This document shows, in pieces, positions 11,410-22,961 of a stretch of 61,739 nucleotides of DNA. The position numbers and the translations under genes were made by a program. Numbering within the stretch: the stretch's first letter is position 1; each line of letters starts with the position of its first letter. Location: contig KZ538562.1 in assembly GCA_000934665.2 (NCBI GenBank), positions 1 to 61,739 on the forward strand. Direction: 5' to 3'. This stretch comes from Catajapyx aquilonaris. Taxonomy: Eukaryota. The notes beneath the pieces were generated by a model that was given only the letters and a program-made list of their open reading frames with translations, searched no databases and had not been told where the DNA came from.

Positions 11410-12828
11410 ACAGGCCTGCGATGAAATTATTTTCTTCAAAGTGAGAGGTGTTTCTTATGTATTGTTTAATGCTGATTTCGGGGGAAATACGCAAAATCTT
11501 CTATCACCCACAGTTTTTGAGATATATCGTTTTAAAACTTTTAACGATTTACTAGGGGTCTTTCCAAATCAAGTGAGCCTAAATGTTGCTAGACCGTCTT
11601 GGATCTAGGTCAAAATAATCGCAGATGTACTCAACTATTCGTTAATGCTGCTTATAAAATTTACGCCATATTGCGCAATACCATGACAAGGAAAAAAATC
11701 GCAAAAATCTGGAAATGACTGAAAATGAAGGCTTTTTGGGAGAATTTTTTCCAGTTAGTGGAAGTGATCAGAACCCAATAAACATATACATCAAAAGAAC
11801 GAGAAACACTAGGAGAATGCGTCGCTGGAATGAGTTTTCCTCTAAAATGCAAAAATAAATTTTTATAGCATTTCATTGGTCACTTGCTCAAGAATAATAT
11901 TGTGACCTCAACAATTAGTGATGTTTGCTTTACATCAGTCTTTTTTTTTTTTTAAGTTACCCCGTGATAGGGCTCAAGGCCCTCTTAGGGGGGAAGGGGA
12001 GGTTCCCAAGGGAGGGCGCCGTGTGATAGCCATTTCTGACATTCTTTAACACCAGGCCTTTTCTCCTGGCCGCGAGCAGAGAAGGGAGAGCAATTCTGCT
12101 CCGGCATGTTGGGAGAAAAGCGGAAAAAGACCCGGCCCAGCAGAGGTGACGGGGACGGTATTTGAACCCCGGCCTCCCACATGGCTGGCCAGCGGCGTAA
12201 CCGCTAGATCACCATGCCGCCCCAAACATCAGTCATATTTGGTGACACTTGTTGTGACTGCCACAGGGTTCAGTATGTTAAGTTAGAGGCCTTGGTCATG
12301 CATGGTTCGCGAGAAAATAACAGATGATAATATATATAATAATATATATCACAGGCCTGCGATGAATTTTTATTCTTCTAAGTGAGAGGTGTTTCTTGTG
12401 TATTTTTTGATGCTGATTTCGGGGGAAATACGCAAAAACTTCTATTGCGTACAGTTTCGACACAAATCGAGAATTTCTGTCTGGTTGCCTACATACTGGG
12501 CTATAAACTACATACTGGGCTATAAAAATGTGTCAAACCAATATTTAGCTTAGAAAATACGGTAGGTTTTGACGGCAGGTATGATAAACTGAACAAATTA
12601 ATAAAATGAAAAATACAGCTTCTTTTTAATTTCTTTGGAAATAAAGCTTTTTTACTCTGCGGCTATACTCTTCTGTGTGATTTTCCTGAATCTTTATCCT
12701 CACTTTGTGGAAAAACCTGACGTGATAGAGGAAAAAGCTCGGCATTTCTGAACTCAGCGTATCGAAATACATTGGCAACACAAAACTGTGAAGAAAAACA
12801 ATAAAAAGTATTATTTCGCAGGCCTGTG
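11410..12828. repeat. Degenerate DNA-element region with a duplicated ~110-bp block (11411-11520 and 12352-12460) and a 19-bp tandem duplication (about 12489-12526)
   Basis: Direct repeat caggcctgcgatgaa..gtgagaggtgtttctt..gctgatttcgggggaaatacgcaaaa. Inverted tcgcaggcctgtg at about 12816. Confidence 0.6.
11941..12223 (-). mobile_element. tRNA-derived SINE family S2
   Basis: A/B boxes, poly-A tail, TSD acatcagtc. Second copy at 61236-61520. Confidence 0.9.
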
Positions 12829-12940
12829 TAATCCTTCTGAATTGTGCCATCACAACCAGAAAGTTCTGGGCTGCGTACATATATCACTTGGTGCATGTAA
12901 GTTTGCATCAACCTCAAAAAGACCATAATTATGAAGACTT

Positions 12941-13831
12941 CGGGAGAAAAAACGATCAAGGTCCATCTGAGGTGAAACTGAGATAATCCTATTTTTAATT
13001 TCGAAGGTCCATAACGTCACTGTTCTGACAAAACCTCATGCCACTAGGCGCCGATTACATTTTATTGCACATTCGAGAACAATCTGGCACCCTTTACATC
13101 CAGCAAAACCTGGTAACCATTGTCCCAATGGAAAAGCTCCATGCGGTCACAGGACCAAAACACGTATCCAGTTGGAAGCCTTTTCTGTGCGCAAAACCCA
13201 ATGCAAAACCACGTAAGCAACAGTTCTGCCATGACAGCTGAGCACGTGGTAGGAGCCCTGCATCAATCTTGGAGTGTGCCCCCCGTAATTCCTCCTGATT
13301 GCCATGATTTTTATGACAACCTTGCTCATGGATAATAACCTTTGGTGAATAAAAAAAATAAAAATGAGTGCATTGTGGTGTGTCTGGTCACATTCTTAAT
13401 TATTATACCCTGCTGGTTTAAAACCACTTATGAGCCATTTGGGGCAGGACAGCACTATTCTATAAGCACGTAAGCACCATTTTTATTAATATCATTCCAC
13501 AGGCCATGATGTTCCGAAACCTGGATTACTGCCTTACATGTAATCATTTAGGCAAGCTAGGAATAATGAATCATAATTTTATTACGACTCATGCCTTCGG
13601 AAAACGGTTTTTTGTGTCTCCTGTGAAATTTGTTTTTTGTTGCTTACGAGGTTTTGTCAGAACAGCGACAATAAGGTTCCATTGTAAATCCCACTTTTGG
13701 GGCCTTCCATAGTGACCTATGATCATTACTCTACAACCACGACCAAACCATCATATTCTACACTAGGGAAAGTATCTTCTGAGATATGTAACTCATTTTT
13801 GACAAAAAGTGGACCTTGATCTTTCTTCCCC
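12941..13831 (+). mobile_element. Degenerate DNA transposon (possibly Sola-like)
   Basis: Imperfect TIR gg..aaa(c)gatcaagg(g)tcca, inner inverted repeat ctgttctgacaaaacctc, remnant VIPPDCHDFYDNL. Confidence 0.5.
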
Positions 13832-13947
13832 TATGTATAATTATTCAATTATATATGACCCTGTTTTTTATGTTACTGGGTGCAAGTTTCATTTTCAATT
13901 TCAGCTCAAAAAATTGTGTGGTTCTCCCATCAGTATTTCTTGTAAGT

Positions 13948-14200
13948 GGATGACATGGTGGCATAGCGGTTAGTGCTTCAGCCTGCCACCTCTGAGGTCC
14001 CGAGTTCGATCTCCGGATCGGACGGAGGATACTTATATGGATATAGTTTCGATGGGTACTCTAAGTGTTAGCGTGGGTTTTCTCGGGGCCCTCCCATTTC
14101 CTCCGACTTAAAAATCAATCACATTACAGGCAAATGATTAAAGTCGGTGAATTAAAAGATTATCCCCTAAAAGGCCTAAGGAGGCCTATCACAGTGTATC

Positions 14201-14280
<80 letters not shown>
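13948..14280 (+). mobile_element. tRNA-derived SINE family S1 (V/Meta-domain-like body, (ATT)n tail)
   Basis: A box tggcatagcgg, B box gttcgatctc, TSD tttcttgtaag, multiple copies in the window. Confidence 0.92.
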
Positions 14281-14282
<2 letters not shown>

Positions 14283-14384
14283 TCTTGTAAGCTATTCTTT
14301 TATACTTTCATTGAAGTGTGCAGGAAGAGGTTGTGATATATGAAACCCCTTCCAAAGGCCAAGTCCAGGACTGTCCTTGAATAA

Positions 14385-14532
14385 GGGCCAGTTGCACCGG
14401 CCTCAGTATATCTTAGAACCTTGGGTATAACAGGAATTGCCATAGCAATCATTGTTGGCCAACAATGATTGCTGTGGCAATTCTTGTTATACCCGAGGTT
14501 CTAAGTTATACTGAGGCCGGTGCAACTGGCCC
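14385..14532. mobile_element. Palindromic Harbinger/Tourist-like MITE
   Basis: 148-bp near-perfect palindrome centred on gttggccaac, TAA TSD. Confidence 0.9.
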
Positions 14533-14707
14533 TAAATAATGTTAATATCTAATCATACCCTGTTACCTGATTTACTCCATCAACTACTATTCTCTATCCT
14601 CCCTTTTTCAGTAACCCTGGAAATGCCAATTTTCATGATTAATGTTAGTACCAGAACAATAACCAGCAGTAGAGCAGAATCAGGGTGCCACCAAAAATCA
14701 CTATTAA

Positions 14708-14827
14708 CCTCCTGAGACCCCTGGTACAGTATACTGTACCTTTGTTTTTTCCAGCACCTTCTGACTAACTCAAACGCGCAAAAAAAAAAAAAGGGTGATT
14801 GAAAGGTGTACTAGGGGTCTCAGGAGG
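14708..14827. mobile_element. piggyBac-like MITE
   Basis: TTAA TSD, TIR cctcctgagacccct(g/a)gtaca. Confidence 0.88.
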
Positions 14828-14839
14828 TTAAGGTATATA

Positions 14840-14977
14840 GGCCCCTAGTCTGATGACCCCGGGTAAGCTATCCCGGGGGCAATCACCATGGCAACATAAT
14901 GTAAAAGGATAGCAGTAAACAACCAGTTACCCCAGGGGGCAAGCTACCCCGGGTCACCAGACTATGCACTAGGGGCC
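14840..14977. mobile_element. Small foldback MITE
   Basis: TIR ggcccctagt plus internal inverted repeats gacccc(g)gggta(a)gct. Confidence 0.75.
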
Positions 14978-15093
14978 TAAATGATCATGATTAATTAATT
15001 AGAAAGTTGCCCTTGTGCAGATTGGATAATATTCAGAGAGGTAGTGAGTAATAATAACAATACTGTATCTTGGTATAATTGAGTATAGAGAGG

Positions 15094-15196
15094 ACCCAAC
15101 TCTGTGTGAGATGAAAGGAGGGAAAGCCTGGGCTTGGGATCGAACCTGGGATCCTCCCATCCATTGTGATGTACTGCAGTGCCACTCCACCTCTCC
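15094..15196 (-). mobile_element. Partial SINE family S4
   Basis: Similar to the heads at 26980-27077 and 28880-28980. Confidence 0.65.
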
Positions 15197-16079
15197 AATA
15201 GGTAGTGATATGATTTTATCCCAGGCAAATTCCTTTTGCTATTTTTCAGCTTCCAGTGTGCTTTCTCTAGATCTGCAAAGCCAGAATGTTGAATATGCTG
15301 TATTCCAAGGTTGACTGGCAACACTACAGTGATCATTCACCCCTGACATTTTAAAAAGCAACATCTTAAGGTAGTTATTTGACATGGTTAGCCCTGTTTC
15401 ACAAATATTCATTTACTATATTTAAATTCACAACTTGCTTACTGTGGCACCTGGAGATTTAATCATGTGTCTGTGTCAGCCATATAACTCGGGGAACTAC
15501 TCACTATATAATATTATGAACTGATGCTTTCTTGTATGTACTGTTACTACGTATATAGCCTACTTACTATTACTATACTATTAGCCTACTATTACTATAC
15601 TACTATACTATACTATTACTTACTCGTATATACTGGATTAGGCTTTGACCTGCAGGTCTTATGGAACTGGCAGGAGGCAAGAACACTGCCAGAATGTCTA
15701 CACTTCAAAAAGTCTCCTGCCTTAGGATGTATACAAGTAGGTTACAGTTGTATCACTTTCTCCTGTCTACATGTTTTGGTCTATTTTCTATGAATCTATG
15801 GAATTTTTGACGGATTCTTTGCAAGATTGTGCTGGTTACCTGCCATCAAGTTAGAGGGAGGGATAATAGACAGTTTTAATAGATGCGTGGTGGACTGATG
15901 GTGGCCGTTAATGAAATCTATTATTGCGCTATACTCTTTTCCCACTGCAATGGTGATATAATTTAATTATTCATAACTCTTAATTATTATAACTCTAATA
16001 TTAGAAATTAGAGCATATACCCTAATCCGCCCTAATCATTGCCTTCATTCAAAAGTTGTTTCCGTGATAGTTTCAAACA

Positions 16080-16350
16080 CACGCCTTCCAGTTTTCCACA
16101 GTAGGTGGCAGGTGGCAGCACGTCACAATACATCCAAAATAAAAATTTCAATCTGATCCTTAAGTGTTCTTCTTTTCAAATTTGTGATTAATTTGAAAGT
16201 ATAAAATACGTGTAATTGTGTAATTTCTAACTAGAGAGTAGTTGAACAATACATTCTTCCCCATTCATCAGCTGCTAACTGTGCAGAATTTGCGGCAACG
16301 AGTTTCTCAGGACAAGAAAGGCGAAGGGGAAGGAGCAAGCGGATTGTCAG
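16080..16350 (+). promoter_or_regulatory. Candidate RTEL1 promoter and non-coding first exon
   Basis: The RTEL1 ATG is preceded by an acceptor (ttttctccag|g ATG), so an upstream UTR exon is expected. Donor-like cag|gtagac at 16351, aggtggcagcac motif at about 16110. Confidence 0.35.
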
Positions 16351-16544
16351 GTAGACAAAGTGAGAGAAAAGACTCGTCTCAGGTCTGAACTTGTCACGTA
16401 GGCCATAGTAATAGTGTCACAATATGAAGGTGTATAGGATTTGGCAACTTCACACGTCAGTGCACATTAGTGGGTAGGATTTAGGCATGCCCAAACTTGA
16501 TTGGATTGATGGAGATTTCATGGCCAAGTGTGTTGGCCCGAGAC

Positions 16545-16667
16545 CAAGGGGTTAGCAACTCCATGGAACCGGTGTACACCCTGGCCAAGGAACCAGCCTG
16601 GAACCGGGTTGAACCTCCTGGTTCCAGGATCTGGTGTACACTTTTTTGGGGAGTTGCTAACCCCTTG
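16545..16667. mobile_element. hAT MITE
   Basis: TIR caaggggttagcaactcc, perfect 8-bp TSD cccgagac. Confidence 0.92.
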
Positions 16668-16686
16668 CCCGAGACAGTTGTTATAA

Positions 16687-17518
16687 CCCTTAACTACGTG
16701 GGGAGGTGTAGATGGCCGAGATGGTAACTTCTCGGCTTGCTGAGTGAAAGGCCCCAGGTTCGATCCCTGCCTGGGGAACTTTCCTTTCACCTGCGTCAGA
16801 AGGGTCTCTCACCTGCACCAAGGAGGTGTCTGGCAACCTAACCTCCTGGGGAACAGCACAAGACTCCTTTACCGACCTTGCACTTGCACCCTATGTTCCC
16901 TCCTCAAAAATCTCTATCCTTACCCAACATCCTTGACTCCTTGCACCGGTGAATGAAGTTAATATATGAAAATGGAGTGAAATGGTGGTATTCCACCCCC
17001 CTAAGAAGGCTCAGCCTTATCACGGGGTAACGTAAAAAAAAAAAAAACCTTAACTACGTAGGTGGGCGAAACACCTTTAACTACGTAGGTGGAGCCTGAG
17101 AGGCTCCAACGGTATATTTAAATTTCTGCTTATCAACTAAATTGTTATATTGGACTTTTCACATACAGAAAGTGCAGTTCAGATCATTAGGCTTCCGAAA
17201 ACGTAAAAATCACACGCTGAGTCAGCATATTCCAACAGGGAAAAATTATTAATTAAAAGGTTACATCATGCTTGAGCCGCTCAGGCTTCACCTACATAGG
17301 TAGAGCCTGAGCGGTTCCAGGAGGGACCTGTTCCTCATTACGAATTTTTTTAAACCGAGAAGAATAGGGACTAAAAAATTTTTTCTTTCCTTTTCATGCT
17401 TAGGAAGGTTTTTCTGCCAAAGTCACGGAAGGACATGGGAAAATAAAATTCAATGAAAAAGTTACATGCGTTTGAATAGTGCTTGGAGCCTCTCAGGCTC
17501 CACCTACGTAGTTAAGGG
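16687..17518. mobile_element. piggyBac-like MITE interrupted by a SINE in its left TIR
   Basis: TIR cccttaactacgtaggtgg, right TTAA, left ATAA. Confidence 0.82.
16700..17047 (+). mobile_element. tRNA-derived SINE family S3
   Basis: A/B boxes, poly-A tail, TSD ccttaactacgt. Second copy at 37038-37385. Confidence 0.9.
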
Positions 17519-18120
17519 TTAATACAGTAGAGTCTACAACATGCAGACTTCTGTATTATCCACACATCCTAGCAACATGTTGTTATCTGCAATTTGAGGA
17601 GTTGTACTGCACCCTGAAGCATCATGTGTATATTCTGCGTGTACCCACTGGTGTTTTGCATTGCAGTGGGCCAGTTCCAGTATTTTGCAATGTTTACACA
17701 GGGCTTTCAACTCAAAATACTTAAATATTAACAGTGATGAAAAACCGAGAATGGTATTTGCTGGTTTAGCAGACAAGAGGAATCACGCTGGTTGGAAATA
17801 ATAATAGTGGATTGAGAGACATAATTTAACCTGACCTAATGAGATTAGGTTAGTTAGAGTAAGTTGCGTTAGGTTAGGTAGGTTGGGAAAAAGAGTTGCA
17901 CAAGTGTTCTTCCCTGGTGCATCATGTATAATTTGTTTGAAGCTACATCCCTGGATCAGCATTTTCTATTCCAGCTAATAAGACCACTTTCAGTTTGTTT
18001 TTCCTCCTGAACATGGACCTCGTTTACTCCAAATAGTCTGGAATAAGGGATACACTAGCATTTTTCCTAGTCAATTTTAGTAACATTTTGGTATTGTTGG
18101 TCATTTGTGGTTTATAATTA

Positions 18121-18938
18121 GGAGCCTTATACATATTACGTCAGCATCGAGGGGGGTTACTACCTGATGACCAAAGATGACGAGAGGGGGAGGGGGGGGG
18201 GGGCAAGTTGGATGAATAAACCAACCAAAAACCGGGNNNNNNNGGGGGGGGGGGGCGTGGACGGGTCTTGCTATCCCTGTGAGGATTTTTTTACGCGTTT
18301 TTCCTATCCTTGTGAGGAATTTTGTCATTACGAGGTAGTTTTCCTGTACCTCATAGTGAACACACTCCTCACAAGGATAGGGTAAAATCGAAACAATACC
18401 TCAAAGACATTAAAAATATATTTCGCCAAAATTTCGTGTTTCCTTGTAGGTTAGGTAAGGTTAGGTTAGTTTTAAATTTTAAATTTTGGAAAAACCTCAC
18501 AAGGATAGGAATGCGCGCCTGTGTGTGTGATCAGGTCTTGACTAAGGTCTGGGGACGGAAGTCTGTGGTTTTACTGTAGCTGTGGGGACCAGTTCCAATT
18601 GTGGGGACGTTTGTCGGTCCCCACAGTCTCACACACGCGAAGTGTACCATTACAATGGGGACATGTGTAAATTAGTGGGGACATGTCCCCACTATTTTCA
18701 TTTGTAGGGTTTCACAAAAGTCCATTTTTCTCAGCCTAGGTTACTTAGGGTAGGGTAGGTTAGGTAGGGTAGGTTAGGTTAGGTTAGGTTAGGTTAGGTT
18801 AGGTTAGATCAGGTTAGATCAGTTTACACTCGCAGTGAAAAGTGATCAATGTCCGTCCCCACGCCTTAGTCAAGACAAGAGTGTATGTGTGTGTGTGTGT
18901 GTGTTAAAAATGTGATGACGTAATATGTGTATGGCCCC
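18121..18938. mobile_element. Harbinger-like MITE containing two nested GT-microsatellite-associated elements with TTAGG tracts (about 18256-18518 and 18532-18880)
   Basis: Outer TIR gg(a/g)gcc..a(t/c)acatattacgtca, TTA TSD. Inner TIRs ctatcc(c/t)tgtgagg and tcttgactaagg..tggggacgga. Confidence 0.8.
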
Positions 18939-19043
18939 TTACCGTGGTTGTTAACAGAAATACTGAACTGGCAGCAAGACAAAAAACTGACCGATGAATT
19001 TAAATTTGCCCTGCACTCTCTTATTTAGTGGCACCTCTTAGTA

Positions 19044-19155
19044 CAGTGGTACTCGGGGGGTGGGGGGGGNNGGGGGGGGGGGGGGGGGGGGGGGTCGTAG
19101 GGTACTTGACTATCATAGAAAGGGTTTGCGACACGAAAAAGGTTGGGAACCGCTG
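19044..19155. mobile_element. hAT/Charlie-like MITE
   Basis: cagtggt..aaaaaggttgggaaccgctg, TSD tcttagta/tcttggtg. A related right end lies at 25-60. Confidence 0.7.
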
Positions 19156-19445
19156 TCTTGGTGTTGGTTTTTCTGGATATTCATGACTACTATATACCAA
19201 CAGAAGTAAGGTTGCCAAATCATGGTTGTGTGCTGTAAATGGAGGACAACATTTTAGTTGATGTATTGTAAGGCAGAAGGATATGCAAATGTTAAATGTT
19301 GGTGGGCAGGGTAATTTCCTTGCAGTTAGTGAGGAAGTATTCATTGATAGCAAACTTGGGAAATTAATTAGTACTAATCTTATCACACACACTCCTGTAA
19401 CTTGAAAATTTTTTGTGAACTGATAGATGTAATTTTTTCTCCAGG

Positions 19446-20436
19446 ATGCCTGTTTTAAATATTAAAGGAATTTGCGTGGACTTCCCCTTTGAACCATATG
19501 ATGTTCAGCAGGATTACATGACCAGTGTGGTGGACTGCCTCACAAAAGCAACCAATGGGATTCTGGAGTCTCCTACAGGCACCGGCAAGACTTTGTGCTT
19601 GCTCTGTGCCTCACTGGCATGGCAAATTACTCGCAAGGCCCAACTTCAAGCAATGTCACTCACCATGGATGATGGGAACGTGACTTCTGGTCTGCAAGCC
19701 CAGTTGGGAGCAGCTGGTGGTTGGACTGCGCGTTTCATGCCTCCTAAGATTATCTACGCCTCTCGAACTCATTCTCAACTAGCACAGGTGATTGGTGAAT
19801 TGAAGCGAACGGCCTACAAGCATGTCAAGACAGCCATATTGGGCTCTCGCGACCAGCTATGCATTCATCCCCAGGTCAGCAAGGAGAAGAGTTCCTCTGC
19901 CAAGATCCTGTTGTGCCACAGTAAAGTGACGTCACGGACATGCTTCTTTCACAGCAACTTGGAGAAGAAGAAGGAAGAGCGGATGTTGACTGAAACAAGT
20001 GTGGTAGATATTGAGGACATGGTGAAAGCAGGGAAGAAGATCTCTTGCTGTCCTTACTACATGTCACGGGAGCTGAAGCAAAATGCTGATATTGTGTTCA
20101 TGCCATACAACTACCTTATAGATCCACTGGCTCGGCGGTCTCAAGGGATTGAGCTGCAGGGAAATGTAGTCATTTTTGATGAGGCACACAATATTGAGAA
20201 ATCATGTGAGGAATCAGCGTCATTTCAACTGAGCAGCAGTGATGTAGCTCTGTGCATCAATGAGGTGACAGACATTATGCGTGTAATGGTGGAGCAAGCA
20301 GAGGGGGGAGAAGCTAACTGGGCAGCGGACAGCCAAGTTGGAGCCATGGATTTTACAGCTGAGGAATTGGCTGTTCTGAAGACCATGTTTTTGGAGCTTG
20401 AAAAGTCTATTGATGCAATTGAGTTGAAGGCAGTAG
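19446..20436 (+). CDS. RTEL1: Regulator of telomere elongation helicase 1, coding exon 1 (join 19446-20436, 21159-21421, 21483-21686, 22962-24386; 960 aa)
   Basis: Q motif FPFEPYDVQ, Walker A ESPTGTGKT, YASRTHSQL, Fe-S cysteines (SRDQLC..C..C..CPYY), DEAH box. Donor G|gtgagt. Confidence 0.95.
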
Positions 20437-21158
20437 GTGAGTCACTTCTACATGACAAGTCAGACCATTACACAGGGTAATTATTCAAGATGTACCATGT
20501 GTACCAAAGTGAAATCCACAAACCTCGATTTCTTGCATCCATCATAGTGAAATTGTCAGATGCAGGTAGGCTTTGTATCAATATTTTAATTTTACAGCCC
20601 TGTTTTGCTTGAATCAAATCCTATCATAAAATGGGGCCTGCCTGTACTTTCCTGACCCAGGCTGACATCTTGCATGAATGGCACTGGACTCTCCTTCAAG
20701 ATGCCAACTTGAATCAGGGGAATGAGTGGGATTACCACTTGCATGGATATGCACTGACTTTTGGGATGTACAGTAGAATCATAGGTATACCATGAGATGA
20801 AAATGTGATGGTTGGAGGTGTCAGAAATGTCTGGAACCTTGAAGGCCTTTTTTTCCTAGCAACCCTGAGGAAAATTCGTGTGACTCACTTGGGTTGACAC
20901 TTGTGGTTTGGGAACCACTGCTGAGGTTGGGGTTCAATGTTTCCATGCTACTGATCATCAGACGTCAACCAGTGGCTTATGGTCCCACGGGTCCTGTGAA
21001 TGTTCCTGTCATGTCCCATTTTTAATGATTTCCAACATGATTACATGTTTCCTGCTGTTTAAGCTACTGCTTGTCACAATTAATCGGCTGATTTATTCAG
21101 ATTTTTTCTACTGCTTACAGTATGTACATGCATTGTATCACATTTTGTCACATTCTAG

Positions 21159-21421
21159 GTTCAGAACTGAGCTTAACCAAACCAGGAGACTACTTCCTTG
21201 AGCTGCTTAGCCAGGCGCACATCACACCAGAACGAATAGTTGTGACTGTGGAGCTGCTGGACAAAATCGTGCAGTATCTTTCAGGAAGTACAAGTGGTGT
21301 AACACGAAAAGGTGCTTCACTTCAGCGATTTTCTGACATGCTTCGTGTGGTGTACTCTCGTGAAGGATTCAGTGTAAAGCATTTGGAACGGATCAAGCAA
21401 TGCTACCGTATATATATTAGG
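21159..21421 (+). CDS. RTEL1: RTEL1 coding exon 2 (arch domain)
   Basis: Acceptor cattctag|, donor AGG|gtaaga, phases consistent. Confidence 0.88.
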
Positions 21422-21482
21422 GTAAGATTTTCACTATGCCTTATGTACTGCCCAGAGTTGAATGCTGGTACCTTGCTTCCAG

Positions 21483-21686
21483 GATGAGGAGCAACGTAAC
21501 AAGCGCCAGAATGATGGTTGGAGTGGAGGGGCTGCTGCACCACAGGGAAAGAAGGGAAAAGTGTTGAGCTACTGGTGCTTTAGCCCATCTGTTGGCATGC
21601 AAGAGCTAATGGAACAAGGTGTACATTCACTCATTCTGACCAGCGGCACCTTGAGTCCTCTAAATGCATTTGCTTCTGAAATGCAG
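21483..21686 (+). CDS. RTEL1: RTEL1 coding exon 3
   Basis: LSYWCFSP and helicase motif [12 protein letters not shown]. cttccag| acceptor after a 61-nt intron, CAG|gtaaag donor. Confidence 0.92.
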
Positions 21687-22207
21687 GTAAAGTCTTGTGT
21701 GGTCCACCTCAAATCTCCCCAATCCATTTTTAATTACTGGCTACACCCTGTGATAGGGGTACTTTCACCCTTTCACACCTGCCCATAAGGAAATTATGCC
21801 TGCATGAGGGGCAACCCCCTCAGCAATGATTGCAATGCCCACCTGACATACACGGCAGTTGGCCCCCCCAGGTGGGATTTCCCGTGTAACTGAGCATTTA
21901 ATGACAATTGATAATGTTTGGAACTAACAACAGTCCCATGATGCTCATTTTTGGGTAAGGTATGTTGAAGAGGTATGAAAGTACCCCTCCATATGGAGTA
22001 ATTTGGGAAGTTAAGGGCAGCACTTTTTCCGGTACTCTCTTATTCAAGGGGAGGGGAGAAATGCAGGCAGTGGGCTTTGTCAGATTTAGTTTTGACACTT
22101 TTTGTACTCAGAAAATAATGACTTTTTCTCATGTTAGTACAACTGAAAAGGCCGCTGAGAAATATTTAACATAGGGCATTTTTTTCTCACTGCTTCATTG
22201 GGATATA

Positions 22208-22795
22208 CAGGGTGAAGGGAAACTCGCGCACAATTGCCAGGCAAACTTATAGTAGTGTTGGTCATAAATCGAGGCAACTGCCAGCGACATTTTCCGAAGC
22301 GGCAGAAGGAATCTTGCTCGCCCGGTTTGTAAGTATGCTTATCTTTGATTCCTTCTTCTGCCGCTTCGGAAAATGTTGCTAGCAGTTACCTCGATTTATG
22401 ACCAACACTGTACTCGCAAAACTAATGTAGGGATGTGCAATTAGTTTTTGGCTCTGTTGCGTAATTAATGCGTACGGCTCCTTTAAAGTGTAGAGGTCCG
22501 GATGATAAAATATGAGGTAAAAACGACAAAGTACATGGGTGTCGTACCCGGATTCTTACTCTAATGGGTTTTGATCTCCTATTGCACATGGATGATGTGT
22601 TAGGGGACGAAGGCAAGGGACCGGAGGCCCTTGAACTGACTTTTGCTTTGGAACGGATGTGACGTCACGAAACTTTGACGGCGCCATACGCATTAACTAT
22701 GTAACAGAGCCCAAAACTAATTGCACATCCCTATATTAGTTTTATGAGTATTATCAGTCTACCTGGCGATTGTCCGCGAGTTTCCCTTGACCCTG
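22208..22795. mobile_element. Tc1/mariner-type foldback MITE with a nested palindromic MITE (about 22253-22410), in RTEL1 intron 3
   Basis: TIR cagggt(g/c)aagggaaactcgcg, TA TSD. Inner agtgttggtcataaatcgagg inverted repeat. Confidence 0.9.
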
Positions 22796-22961
22796 TATAA
22801 CGCCAGTCCTTTAAGTAGTAAAGAATTACACTACCTTCCTTCCGAGACCAATCTATTGTAATTGTTGTGCATCGAGCATTTCAACCATGACATTGTTTTA
22901 AAATGTAGTAGAATATTCTGCAGGAAAGATTTTATTTCACTCATACACGCATGCATTTCAG

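Noticed and set aside
14065..14343. Poly-Leu ORFs (also 26524-26796, 60327-60722) and the poly-Asn ORF 60367-60813
   Set aside because: Translations of SINE (ATT)n/(GTT)n tails, not genes.
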